DNA from: Spizellomyces punctatus DAOM BR117
Taxonomy: Eukaryota
Assembly (NCBI GenBank): GCA_000182565.2
Contig: KQ257466.1
Length of the DNA stretch: 64,000 nucleotides
Strand: one strand, 5' to 3'
Part shown: positions 1 to 15,300 of the stretch, piece after piece
Layout of the letters: every line of letters starts with the position of its first letter
Position numbering within the stretch: the stretch's first letter is position 1
The notes under the pieces: model-generated
What the model was told of the DNA's origin: nothing
Seen by the model: the letters and a program-made list of their open reading frames with translations, nothing else
Database searches by the model: none
Made by a program: the position numbers and the translations under genes

Positions 1-3000
1 CAGATTGAATCGCTTCAGCGCACGCACTGAGCCTGGCGGTTGAGGTGAGCACAACCATGTTCTTGTGGGACATCAACTTGCGGACGCAGATGGTGCGAAG
101 TTGATGTGAGGGTTCAGGAGGTAGGAAGGGTGTGTGATTGTTGTGCATTTCAAGATGATATAGCGATTCACCCAAAAATGACGAAACCCATGCAGAGGTG
201 AAGCATACGATAATTAATCCAGGGATAGCATCAAAGTCTCCTGTCAACTCAAAGCATATCACGATGACTGTAAGGGTCAGACGGCTGGTCGCAGACCACA
301 AACTAGCCATCCCAATCAATCTGTGATGAAACATGGTCAAACGGTGTTGATGTGGTACGATGTCGCAAGCAAATGTCAAAGTACGTACGCAATTAGACCA
401 GGATCTATCGCTGAGGAGCCGCGCATGTAGTTCCAAGCGACTCCAAGGATGCGCCCTGTAACTGCACCCATGATCAAGTTTGGAATGACCAAATCTAATA
501 CCAGCACAGAATACAATGGTTAATGAGTATGGTATGTTGCACATCATTAAGACTAAGGTACACACCTGTTGGTAGGGCGATGTAATACGTGATCAGACTC
601 AATAATAGATATACACCAAGGAAAATTCCAAGAGACCGGATATCAAAGAGTTGATATAGACCTCGGGTAAGGAGAAGCTTCAATTGCTTCTCTGATGAGC
701 AAGTGTCAGTAAGTCTGTAACGTCTTCAAGGTGACAATATGGGAATATCTTACCAGGAGTGGAATACATAAGCGATCTCACTTGATAGTAGCATTGTCCC
801 TCCTGATCTACCTTGGCATGCTGCGCATGCAGGTCCGCCTGGGGGATCAGCATGTCCAAGGTCGCAAGTTTCACATCACCCGTGTTGTTGCCATGGCCAT
901 TTGCTTCAGAGGGCGACGGGCTATGCTCGCCAGAAGGTGCATTGCTCGACGGAGAGGGCTCCCTTGATGCTGGACGGTCCGTGCTTTCGTGACCTCCGGG
1001 ATTCCCATGCTCTTGCCGTCGAGTTAGCCTTCGGACACGGAGACCCATGCGAACCCCTCTTGATTCGCTGAACGGGAGAAAGGCCGATGCGGTTTCGTCA
1101 AAAGTTGGCAGAGCATTTGAAGCGATAGATGAAGTAAGGTGTGCAGGTCCATTGGATATTGTACTCTGATGACCTTCACGGCCTCCTGGTTGTTCTTCAA
1201 TGATAGTTCGGTTTCGGGCTGCTTCAACCTCCACAGGCCGATAGAAACTATGAATGATGCTCTGCACGGACAGTCAAAGTAAGTATGAAAGCTCAAAGGC
1301 GGGTGAAAGTGGGAGAAGATGATCTTGCTGTGAAACTTACATGCTCGTATTCATTCTTCAAATCTGGCGGCAGGCAAACACCGCCAAATCCTCGTAAACA
1401 TTCTCGCAACTTTGAATCGGATATCGCTGTAGAGTTAATTTCCACACCTTCTAGGCATTCGGTGGGTGTAGTATCTCGAACATGATCCGTTACTGTGCTC
1501 AAGGGGAGACACGGATCAACGCCAGGCGCCGTCGGCAAAAGCACAACGATCAGCGTAGTAATGATGCAGACAACAGCGACTTCAACCAAACGTATGAATG
1601 TAAAAAGACCTCGGCGTGATTTCAGCTTGTCAGAGGCTACGGCGACTAACTTGCGGGGCTTCCCTTTTCCTCCATCTGTTGTTTCCTCCTGTGAATGGCG
1701 CACCCACGACGACGCGGCCGCTGTCTGCTCCAAATTGCGAACGGTGTATGGTAGCCGGAGATTTTGAACCATGCTCAAAAGGTTATTCCATAGGGTTCCA
1801 ACGAAGGCCATCACAACACCAAGAGACACAAAAAGACCGAGCAACAACAAAAGCTTCCCAGGAGTCAAAGGATTAATTCGGTTACAGTCCACGTTGACCT
1901 GGCGCATGTTAAGAACTTTCTAAGTCATCGTTAGACAGTGTTTCCATAAATATCTTACTCACAGGAAACAGAGTAAACTCCAAACTACCGGCGTTCTCCC
2001 CAACTTGCACGGTATCCAAAGAATGAAAGTGCTTGGCAACCTCGAATCCAACAACCAAAAAAGCAATAACAGTGCAAAATAATGTTCTAATCATGATACG
2101 CGGCTCGAAGAAGCTCATCGTTTCTTCTAAAGTGAACATTACTCCACCTAGAGGACTTCGAAAGATGGCGGCAATGGCGACGGCCGCACCGATTGTCGCA
2201 AAAAGCCGTAGCGCTGTCTGTTCAAGGAAGGAGAATAAGGCATTACGCCCAGCAGCCGCTGCCGGGCCGGCATCCAAATGCTTCGGATGACTTTCTCCAT
2301 AGAAGACTTTGGCGACAAGATCAGCTAGATGGCGATATGCAAAATGAGAGATGGGACTTACAACGACGGAAGACCGGCACTTTCCGCACAAGCTGCACTA
2401 TGAATATCGCGAGCGATGCCCCAATCATGGCCATTGGCCCATCAATTCCAGAGTAAAGCCCTGCAACAGCAATTCCGAAGATACCGAGAAATCGTGCCGC
2501 CTAGAGCGTAATAAGAGGAGAGTGTGAGCATTACCCATGGTCCTCACCTAATGCGATGTTAAGCTTACCATATTCATCAAAGTACTTTTGGTGATTGAAT
2601 TTGCACCATTAAGGAATGCAATGAGCTGCATAATTGGTCATTGCCAAATTCGGTCAAGGTAAATACAAACTTTGTATCTATACCTCGACCATTCCTGACC
2701 CCGTAACTCCAGGCTGCATATCAGAGAAGCAGAAATTATGAGCCGATGTGGTCGGCGCAAATCCTAGTACAAGAGCTATCATCACGCTTACCGCCCATAT
2801 CAAAACCACCAGTGCCGGTAAGAGCGCCGCTAGTAAGCATGTCCATAATGCATACAGCACAGCTTCCAATCTATGTCCCTCTTCAATGAGCTCGGTATAA
2901 TGCTCGATGCGTGCTTCGGCCAGCTTCTCCGATCCAAAGAAGAGAAGCACATACAGCCATGATATCGCAAGAGTGATTACACATGCAAGGACTATGAAGC

Positions 3001-3422
3001 AATGATCAAGAAAGCCGATCGTTTGGTAACTACGAGCCGATGATACTTACGGTATTGAAGAAGTTCTTGGATGATGCGAGTCTGTGGATAAATCAGTCAA
3101 AGCTACGCAAAGCAAAATCGGCCCTTATCATCATTCACTCACCAAGCGAGTTTGATGCCGATAGTGCTTCCGGAGGCCAGGGCCATCGGGCTCTTCGAAC
3201 GCAATACTCTGGAGCAGCACACAGGTCAGGCTGACCGATAATAAACGACCACGTCTCTGCAGAGTCACCCACCTCGTATGGCTTGAATTTTGCGTGAACC
3301 TCGTGGTCATGCTCTGGATCCACTGTATTATATAGAGTATTTGCACGGACAGGATGTCGCAGCAAGACTTTTCGCGCAATGGTAGCTGCCCTTGAGGCAA
3401 AGGGCTCTTGCTTCTGCGCCAT
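1..3422 (-). CDS. CLC-family chloride channel/transporter, multi-exon; 3' end (CBS region) runs off the window start
   Basis: Spliced translation gives CLC signature segments: GSGMVE-LIAFLNG, GLYSGIDGPM, GAAVAIAAIFRSPLGGVMFTLEE, LVIPNLIMGAVTGR, TLTVIVICFELTGD, GESLY. GT-AG introns join the ORF fragments. The start at 3422 (MAQKQEP) is approximate. Confidence 0.9.
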
Positions 3423-4827
3423 TGGCTATTTCTCCAGTTTTTGCAAGACAACCTCTTGCGGGGAGGGACGACTTTTACGCTCCTTTACCAATCCCTTGCC
3501 TCCCTTGTAATTTCAAAGCGCCCCCGTCGTCCACCGCAAGAGATCTCTTCTGCACAGTTCTTAAGCCGCAAGCGTATCAAGTGGCAGTGCTGCCTTTCAC
3601 ACCTTTGGATCTACTGGATCCATCGCCTTTCCGAGAATGTGGTTCTATGAAAATTAACGAACATTCCTTTTAGGGGATTATGGAATGCTTAGCGTCTCTG
3701 ATTTGCAAGCAGCAACTCCGCCATTGCAATGCCATGCAGCCGTTTGGCATCTTTGATCTCCTTTTGCGTCGGCCAAGCTTTAAACCTATCCGCACTCCAA
3801 TCCCGACTTCGTTCGCTACGGGCTTGGGACCGTATGACCGAACCATCTTAGGTAACCTGAATGATAAGCGGAGAGCACAGTCCAATGCAAGCCTTGGGTC
3901 CGCCATGGGACACGTCAAACGACAAGATGAATTGGTAGATCTACATGGGTGCCTCCGATTATTCTCTCAACGACGGAAAATCAATCTGATCACTAACCGT
4001 CCGCCAAGGGTGCTAACCCTTTGGCGGTCCTTTACACAGTACAATGTACAAGGGTTTCTGGTTTGGGGTTGTAATGTAAGTATGATGTTCCGAGTGCGTG
4101 CCCCTGTGCGTCGGGATATGGCTTGCTCAAGAACACACATTGAATTCTTCCTCACGAACAGACTTTGCAGTATCTGTCACGTATTGGGCATATCAACCGT
4201 GTCGTCGGTTACTCAATGAACTTTGCGTTTGGTTAGGTCAAGCAAGTCCATTCCAACTTTTCGCAAGTATTCCCGTCTGTACCTTCGGGGATGGAGTGGA
4301 AAAAGCAACCAACGCGAAAGTAGAACTTGTCAAATTTTTTACTATATTCGGTGGCAATGGTATGCCATGGTATTTTGATACAAAGGGCGACCTAGGATGC
4401 ATCTCAATGTTTCCTTGAACTAATTACGCACATGGCACTGAAGGACCTTCTCGCCAATGACACTGGAGATGATGACGTCTTCATAGAGCCTTCCCAATGG
4501 GCTTCGCAATTTTTAGATGTATGGCAAGCAAAGATAATAATTTTGCATTAAAAGTCCTAATGTCGTCGGGACAGCGGAAATGCTGATGCATGCGGCAAGG
4601 CAAGATTATCTTTGGGTTGCTACTGTTTCCTGCAAGGGTGCGCGCCAGCGCGCTCAAACCTTACCAACACAGGGGATTGTCGCAGCCATTGTGCATGCGA
4701 GTGCTGTTACCGGGATGAACTTGGAGCAGAGGTGTATACGTACATTCCTACTGCGAGGATCGGTAGTGAATTGGCGAACATTCCGTATAAAAAGCTTAGT
4801 TCACAGACAAGGTTAAGGTTATGACGA

Positions 4828-4849
4828 ATCGAGGGTCATCGAGGGTCAT
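4828..4849. repeat. Short tandem duplication (ATCGAGGGTC)x2
   Basis: Read directly: atcgagggtc atcgagggtc at. Confidence 0.8.
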
Positions 4850-5448
4850 AGTACCTTGGATACTGGAATTCACCCAAAGTTACTAAGGTCAGCCCGGCTT
4901 CTAGTTGCATGCAATGTCAGTGACTGGAACTGAACACTCGTAGAGCGGAATATGGTCCTCCAGCCTATCTCTATTATGCCCTAAGCAATCGATGAAACGT
5001 CTTCAGAGCACATGTACAGAATGACTGACGCTGTCCTGCCTAAACCTTTGCGATATTCAGAAAGAATGGCCAATCTTTCTATTCTGCATACGCTGCAATA
5101 AGCATTTGACGTTTATAAGGGTGGCTCCTTCAATGCATTGGAGAGCTACTGCGCTTTCACAAGCCTATATTCCAGAGTAAGTGTTGGATAGAGAACTGAG
5201 ATGGCAGCTGCTGCGCAGAAGAACGCGCTTTTGACGCGTCACGACACAGTCGGAGATCCAGAATTCTTTGGCTTCGAAATTGGAGGCCGAATATGCTTTT
5301 CACCGTCCGGATAGATGATTGATTTAACTATCCATTCAAAGACATGCCTTACTTGCCGCCTGCCTGGGCAATTTCCCGCCTTTGCTTGTCCTAAACCCAT
5401 CCAGCTCTTGTTTTTGTACATAGCTCGGGGTCGTGGCCCACTTGTGCG

Positions 5449-7238
5449 ATGCCGCTACCTTCCGAGGACGTACTTTGCCTCAAGCCGCGTCAGCTCGTAC
5501 CAGTTGTGCCTGCACCAATTACGTCTCCGAAACCGGTCGACTGCACCTTGTCGTGTTTGCAGACGGCAATTAGCGATGTGCGAGATCAAAGCAGTAGACG
5601 ACGAGAACAAGGGCGAGAAGTGGATGAAAGCAATGCCGCAGTGTGCGGAGATGCAATGGGGCAAGTATTCTTTGAGAGGTGCTTGATTTGGAGTGGTGCT
5701 AGATGCCTGAACGTCTTGGCCGGCGTCAGTGGGAGTTCGAGGGTGAGTGTGAGTACTGTATAACGTTGCTCCCACACCCGTTTGCTATCATGCATCATGT
5801 ATTCATAAGGTGTAATAATTTTAGAACCAGTTTGCTGTCCAGTGCGCTGGTGTCATATCAAGCGTTCCAGTAGTATCAAGTCTTCCGCAAGCTCCCAGCA
5901 ATAGTGCACCCTCTCCTCCAGTGCTGTCAACACCGTCAAACCCCGTCCGTGACCCAACCATGACGCCCACAGTTTTGCCGTCTCCTTCGACCACACCATC
6001 ATCCCTTTCAATCAGTCCTATCCTTCCGTCATTGAGTACTCTACCCTCTCTGACAGTCATTTCCAGTGCCACTAGCGCATCCGTCTCGACAACCGCTGTA
6101 ATTGCCACATCCACGGCAACACCTGCAAGTACCGTCGTAGCCGGAGACTCTAGTCAATCATCCGGGCCAAACGTAATTGCCGTAACAATTGCGGGAGTAA
6201 CAACAGGTCTTCTCCTGGTTGGTCTGGTAATACTTGGTGTATTCATGCATCGACGAAGTCACCGTCGTCGTATTCTACTCCTGGGTGAAGGTGCTCACAG
6301 CCTTATCGCCAAACATCCTCCAGTCCCCGAAAAAGATCATCACATCCCTATGGAGGAGCGCAATCTAGAGCTGGCCGTTATAAGTAACTATAACCCAGAG
6401 GGACCGCGTAACTCAGCCCAAGACATCAAAACACCTAGGCCTGAAAAAGCACTTTCGGCATCGAGTTCACGGTTTTCATGGTGGAATGGACGCTTCTCTG
6501 ACACCAACTCATGGCGGAAAAGCAATTTCATTGCTTCGTACGCTCGCTCAAATTCCTCAAATGGACAAGATGAACAAACTAAAACGGAGGAACAACGTCG
6601 ACGAAAAGTTAGTACCTCAGAGGAATCTGGAACTCCTATAACAAAGACTTGGGAATCTCGCCATTGGGCGGAGATATCGGTGGATATTAGTGATACAGTT
6701 GCAGTGTGGGGCATTTTGCAAGATGACTGGGCGTTTGGAATGATTGGTTCTCCTAGCGATACTGGTGAGTAAACACGTTTCTTGGTTTGACACTCCCAGG
6801 TCAGCTCTTAAAGATGAAAACTTTTCTGCAGCAGCACCTTTAGCTTGCGGATTCCTCCCTCTCACCTCACTGGGATCAACTCCCGCCAACGCCCCCGTTT
6901 TAGGATTTACCCGTCAAGCAGCTCTGAGCGCCCCTACGAGACTTACATCTCTTGGCGGCGGCCCGGACACATATCTGATACCAAAAAGAGACTTTTGCCT
7001 CCGCGCCCTCGCATCAGGCTTACTGACTGGCGCAGAACGCCAAATCTGGGCGACCGAATTAGATGCCATTGTCATAAAGATTGATGGTCTGGTTGGGGCA
7101 GGTGCGGGTCCGTTCAGGGGAAAACATGTAGAAGGAAAAGGAAAGCAAGAAGGGAAATTACGTCGGCTTGTGAAAGGGATACGGTCCAGTGGTGACAGCT
7201 CCGACTCTACCGTTAGCATTCCAAAGGATCAGTGGTAG
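5449..7238 (+). CDS. Single-pass membrane protein: Cys-containing N-terminus, Ser/Thr stalk, TM helix, degenerate cytoplasmic SH3 domain
   Basis: Exons joined by introns at ~5743-5824 and 6765-6831. TM segment VIAVTIAGVTTGLLLVGLVILGVFM is followed by HRRSHRRR. SH3-like segment TKTWESRHWAEISVDISDTVAVWGILQDDWAFG...GFLPLTSL. The true 5' end and any signal peptide are unresolved. Confidence 0.7.
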
Positions 7239-7583
7239 TTGGTTGATTGATACTTCAGAGGTGGCGATGCTCTATTCATATGTGTTTAGGATATGCGAAT
7301 GTATTTATTCTACCTAATTGTCAATAGTCAAAGTGTAATATTATGGATGGCCAATATTTTCGGTCCGGTTCAAAATACATAATGTACAGTCTCCTGTTCT
7401 GCGGAAGCCTTTACCTTGCTGCAGTTCCTTTAATTGTCGCCAGATAGCATTATGCTTGTGCGATACAATTGAATGCTCGAGAAAAGACGTGATCTTACGA
7501 TTTGCAACGTGCACATTCCTTATTCTTACGCCACAGCTGGGCATCCGATCGATGCAAATCGTCATCTTCTAAACTAATTTTCA

Positions 7584-9118
<1,535 letters not shown>

Positions 9119-9342
9119 TTTCAAAATCCGCACACTCAACAAAGGTGTTGGAATATGAACGGCAGCCGCGCTTGGCGGGATGACTCAATCACGGGAGCGC
9201 GGCAATCCACGATATTTGACTAGGGTTGCGCATTTACAATATTCTACAAGCAATTATAATATACACTGCAAACAAGTTAATACTACATAGTTTCTACATC
9301 CAATTCAACTGATCTCTTTGAGTGCTATTAATCAAGGGGCTC

Positions 9343-12300
9343 TCAACCCTGTGGCCTCGCAAACTGTCGCAACCAGAAATCTGGCGACGTCCACTGAGAA
9401 AAGTCAGCAGGGTAGCTTGGAGGACGTGGCTGCCCATAAGGGGATGGTGGGGGAAAGTGAGCACCCGCAGGTGTCGCAGGGTATCTATATGTTGGTTGAG
9501 AAAATGATGCGGGGGCGTGCATTGGATGCGGACTTTGCATCGGAGCGCTTGTACTCGAGGTACCGACGGTCCCAACGCCGGGACTATGTAGGGGAGCCGC
9601 GGTCATCGCTGGGGCAGGTGGGACACTGGCCGTCGTACTAGGCCTTGCCGAAAACATACTCACAAATACTGGTGGCCTTTCCTGGATTCCGGCGAACGTA
9701 GTCAATTGGGCAAGATGCTCCTGGTGTTTCTTGTACTCTGTCCATCGCGCCAGAGCGGAAAGATTTGAGTCGACAATTTGAGGCTGAGATGTCAAGCTTT
9801 CTACTGTTGTCGAACTGGTTGATCCTGCTATAGTCGTCTCCATTAGTTTTTCGGACTTCCTGGGTAGTACCAACTTTTGTAGGGATAGTGTATACCTGTG
9901 CGCGGGATCGGAATAGTCTCTTCCGACACATGGGCACTTCTGCCAGGAACGAATGGTGTGGCTGTCCCCTGAGAAGGTTGGTCGGTGGATATCGCTTGCC
10001 CGCCAGGAGCAGGTAGCGGCGTTGGTCCTGCAATGGTTGATGTAGATTGTGTTTGCGGTGGTGACGATGGTGGTGGTGGTGGTGGCGGAGGGCCACCTCG
10101 TCTGCCCTCCTTTCGTCGTATTCGCTCCTCCTCCAAAGCACGTTCGCCTTCTGCCCGTTCAGCTTCATCCATTTCATCCTCTATCTCCTGCAAAAGGTCT
10201 TCATGTTCCCTAACTCGAATTAATCCTTCCCGGCACACAGTAAGAATATCATTCAGGACTGGGTCATTTTTATTCCGTAGAGACTCTTCTTCTTCCGGGG
10301 CGACTTCCCATCCTCGGTCTTTAGGCGGAGGCTCAAAATATTTCTTCATCTCGGCTTTCGTGTAGTTTTTGCTCGTGTTCTTCTTATCGACCACTTGCCT
10401 GAAAGTAATAGGAGTTAAAGCTTACACTCCAGCAATATTACCATTGGCAGGAAACTCACTTGGACAAGCCCAGCTTATGAATGTTGTTTTTGTAGAGTGT
10501 TGTTTCGAAAGTGTCACAAGTCTGTAATCGATAAACAAACACGGGCTCTCTTTGCCCATACCGATAAGCCTATGATTTCGAAGTTCCTTATTCAGTTTGA
10601 AACGCAAAAAGGAAGACTGCAGCTTTTTGCATACTCGGGCGACTGCCTGTTCGGCATCAGACGGGTTCCAGCCTATATCAAACAATACAACGCGGGTAGC
10701 TCCTTGCAAGTTGACGCCTACTGAACCGGCTTGGGTGGAAATCACAAAAACAGTTGCTATGGATGATTTGTTGAACTCGTCGATAAGCTTTTGACGATCC
10801 TATAAAGCAGGTTAGTACATGAAGAAGGAATAGACATGGCTATTTCATTCAATCTACCGTGGCTTGGACATCGCCTTTGATGAGAAAGGTTTTAATTCCT
10901 TCCTTATCGATGGCATCTTTGATATAATCTAGGTTCCCGTGTGTCTTCAGTGATACATAACTTGTGCGCGGTGATTATATCTTCATGATCAACTACTTAC
11001 GCAATGTTGGCACACTTCTTGAAAAGATCAACACCTTCTGTTTGTTTCTTCGCGCACTGTGAACTATCTGCATAGTGATTTGCATCTTGATTGAATGTTC
11101 CAGGGAAAGGATATCTGGATGAAAATGATAGATCAGGAACGAGTGCAGAACAGTGCGCAATATCGAATGACCAACCTTGATACTTTGAAAAAATATGGTC
11201 GAAAGTCGGATGCAATGTTCGGAGTAACCCCCTATGACGAGATGCATCATAAGACTGTATTTCTGCGTATCGCATATTAGGAGCCGAGCGACCTACACAT
11301 CAACATTATCTTCCTGGATAACATCTTCCGCGTCGCCATCCAATTCAGGATCGACGTCAGCTATTGAGGTGGCCGCGGTAATGGATGTGGGGGCAAAATC
11401 TGTGTCAGGTTGGGCCTCACTCGCGAATGACTCGCGCCGGGACGAGGACGCCGCTTTGCCGCGAGAAATGGACTTTCCGAGTTTTTCAAGTTTTGCGAAT
11501 TTCTCATCAACAACCCTCTGCCAAAGTCCTCATTTTAGCTGGTGCCTACTTATTTACACCGCTACATGAGGGGTGAAAACTCACCTTGAATACGCCTGGA
11601 TGTCCACATAGCAACAGTAAGGGATGCATTCTCGCGATGATGTTAGAGAAGCTGCAGCCAGGTTCGACCGTTTGAAGATAGGCCTGCACATGTTTAGAGC
11701 ATTAATTGAAGTGTAGACATGTGTACGCGGCCAACTTTTCATACGCACCCGATAAGCCTCGTGCTGCAACGTCGTCAGCTTGCAGACGATCACAAATTCT
11801 GTTTTTTCGGGCAGCTCCCGTCTCAGAGGTGCATTATCCTTTCGTAGAACAATGTCGTGTATTAATCGCGTCAACATGTACATCCTTCTCCGGGACAGTA
11901 TTCGATCAGAGTCCGTGGAATCAGCATGAAGACCATTCGCAATAGGATTTTCGTAGTTATTTCGGAATTCGGCGTGAGTCCCCAAGAACATTGACACCGC
12001 GAAATCGATCATGCACCTGGAGTATTCTGACATGAGAAACTTGCTTGCCATCTCGGTTGAACAATCTTACAGAGACTAACCAATACTCAGAGAGATTATT
12101 CTGCAAAGGAAATCCAGTGAGACATATTCGGGAAGGAGTTTGAAAATTATTCATTAATTGACACCGCAATGACTTCGTGTTCTTGATCTGGATAGGAGCT
12201 TAATGACAGGAAATCAACCAACAACAACGACACTAAGTTTTACGTACCAAATGCCCTTCATCGCAGACCAAAAGACTAGTACCCTCAAAGATCCATCCTT

Positions 12301-15300
12301 TCACATTTTCGTATTTAGACGTGGTCGCTTGAATCCGAGTGGGATCGCCGCCTTGTGACATCTCATGCTGTTGCATTGCCATTAACTCGTCACTGGCCTT
12401 CTTTGATTGCTTCCACTGCTCCTGCAACATATTATACCCCGTAATCAATACCCCTCCCTCAGAATGCCATTTTTCAATTGTTTTCCGTCGTTGCAGCATC
12501 GTCTTTCCCATGGCTACCAGATATGGTCATGATCGCATGAGTGGTAAATATAGGAAAGATCTAAATCGCCCCCAATACCTACACGTCAGTGTTTCAACAT
12601 TACGCAGCACATCTTGCATCACAGACTCTGGTATCCATTGGAAGAACTCTCGCAACCTAACCGACCGAAATGTTATTCTCCAGCGAGCGACATAAACAGA
12701 TGTCAATATGAACTCACCAGTTTGTCACCACACTGGCGGGCACGACAATGAGTACTCGGCCGGCCTATGATCCGAACAGTGAGGCGAACCATTGATTCAG
12801 GGGAAGGGGCAATGAAGCACAAAATCGCAAAGGGGGCACCCAACATACCCGCAAATGCTCCGGAATGGCTTTGCTGTCAGCCCTGATCTCACGCATTAGC
12901 ACAAATATGAATACAATGGTCTGGATCGTCTTGCCTAAGAAGATAACCAAATCAATTCGTACCATTCTGTTCCCGCGGACATAAAGGTAATGACACTAAT
13001 GACACTTACCCAATCCCATTGCGTGGGCTAAAATGCATCCGGCATGTCTCATTGACTGTCCGTCTGCAGATGGCTGCTTCAGCATCACTATGTTCTTCCA
13101 AAGAAAGCGGATCCCCTCAATTTGATGGTCTTTGAGCTCTCCAGCTATAAAATCTGGAACAAGAATATCCTCTTCTGACTCGTCGTGCCCCAAATTGACA
13201 ATGATCTTGAGGAATGACGTGACATATATTAGAGATCCACTCAAGGACTAGACAAAATGGGTTGTACCTTTCGCTCCGTGAGACTCAAACGACTGCTTTG
13301 TCTGAAGGTGCACAAATCCAATGTTACTGGTTGCGGAAGCTACCTATGCTATCAGCGCTACTGAAACTTACATTTTGGCCCTGCGACGAATTGCTTCTTC
13401 TTGTTCCCCTCTTTGTTTCTGGATTCTGCGGGTGAGATCGTTCATAGGCCTGATCTCCTTGATCTCTCGGCGCCCCTTCTGCCTACGACTGCCGGTAGCA
13501 CCATCACTTGCCGAATCACTGTCTATGTACACTACTTCGGTATCAGATGAGCTGTCATCGCTAGGCACACGTCTGTTGGAAGATTTGCTTTTCTTTCTGT
13601 TCGGAATGGACGGACGATATATTTTTCGTTTTACGCCTAATGGGAGTTTATTAGAATGCCCTCGAACTATACGTAAATTCTATTCTGTCTCACCATTTAT
13701 GGAGATTCTTTCTCGTCCGACATCTCCTTCCGATGATTTACTACTCAATATCCCAGTGCTAGAGTTGTTATCATCGTCCTCAGCGATAAACAGGCGCTGT
13801 TTTTTGAGGCTGGATTCTAGCTGCCCGCTGTGTGATTCTCCACCTGACAGATCACTGGATTCTCTTGAACTTTCGGCACCCGTAAGTGATTGGTCGCTTA
13901 TGGACCCCTCGTTTTCCTCAACATTTTCAAGACGCCAAGTAATAAATTGATTTATGCCTTCTTTAGCCGCCGCGTCGTCAGGCCACATGTCGAGCATTTC
14001 CGCACGCGCGTCCCATACGGGCCTCTGGTCAGAGTGGGCCAGCTGACGGTTACTACGTATTTGAGAGAGGAAAACTATGTGTTCAGTGATAAGTTGAAGA
14101 TCGTAATGCGCGTTTGAGCTGGAATGAATATTTTTAAAGATAATGAACAGAGAGTATGATGACGAGCAAGTGTCTAAAGTCATCATAGACCAAAATGATT
14201 CTAACCTTGTAGGAATCTCGCCAAGTAGTGACTTATTCCGTATGTTCTTGACCCTTGCGTAAACTTCATCCACAGGTTCTACCAAGTAAAACCATCAGAA
14301 AACCTTCAGAAGACACGAGTCGACTGCCCTCCTTAGCACTCACCGTTTGCCCAACGTGAGAGAAAGTGCTTATCAATCTTCCTTTGAAATTCATTTTCCT
14401 TGTGTCTGCTGCGGCCAGCTGTCTCACGATCTTTCCACTTAGCTTCTCGTTTAGATTTCGCGCCACTGGTTGGCAACCCCGACGTGCTATTTACATTATT
14501 CCTGATGTTTCCCTGCTGCCCGCCAGCGATCTTCTCTTTCTGATCCTCTGAGAAAGCTTTTTGGGCGGCGCGAAGATCAGCCAGGACCAATGAAGGTCTC
14601 CTGCCAGCAGATGTCCCCTTTTCTGACTGAAGATCGCCCCGATTGTCATCATCCGATTCAATGAGGATCGGATCGCGGTATTTCTGGCCTTCCGTACCAG
14701 CACCGTTTCTCCCAACTGAGCCAGTGGAGGCTACATCGGAAAATTTGGATTCGGACGCTGAGCCATGCTGCTCGCCTTTGACAGATCTGGAGGAGGGTTG
14801 GCCTTGCTGAACTGGAAAAGTAAACCCAGTTATTAGTACATCTTCATCCGACTCTTCGAGAGATGCCTCTCGGTTTTCGACGGCCACGTCCATCGAAGCT
14901 GAAGGGCGCGCATTCGGGGTTTTGATTCGCGATCTATTGCCCAAGCTTGGCAGGGCGGTCAACTTCACCACAGGTTGAGATTCTGGCAGTGCATTTAATT
15001 CCCAATCGAGTGGTTCTGATTCTGGTATGAGCGACATTTCGAATTCCTCTTCATTCGTTTCTTGATCTGACGGCTCTTCGTACAAGGCATTTGTGCCGGT
15101 GCCTCCATTAACATCTGCTTCCGGCGACGTGGGTTGATCATCAGACTTCCGCTTACTCCATCGAACTGGCGAACGCGGTTGATCTATATGCGTTGAGGAG
15201 GTTTCACGATCTATACGTTCCTCATCACTGGACGTTCCCTCCACCTCCATGCCCGTTTCGCCATATTCATCCTCGCTGGCTATGAAATCACTCCAGTGGT

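Noticed and set aside
3680-4830. ORFs of 62-179 aa, including a Cys-rich 70-aa ORF at 4612-4824
   Set aside because: Mostly non-ATG starts, no recognisable motif and no consistent splice model; treated as intergenic.
9638-10177. ORF with a poly-His tract (RHHHHHHRHHR)
   Set aside because: Alternative-frame reading of the (CCA)n poly-Pro tract in the SNF2 C-terminus.
11100-11120. ATATCCTT resembling a U12 (minor spliceosome) donor on the minus strand
   Set aside because: It lies just after a CAG acceptor inside coding sequence (DILSLEH). I found no AT-AC or U12-type intron.
13321-13950. 209-aa plus-strand ORF and similar long antisense ORFs (26644-27174, 43064-43609, 46291-46851)
   Set aside because: Antisense shadows of real low-complexity coding exons.
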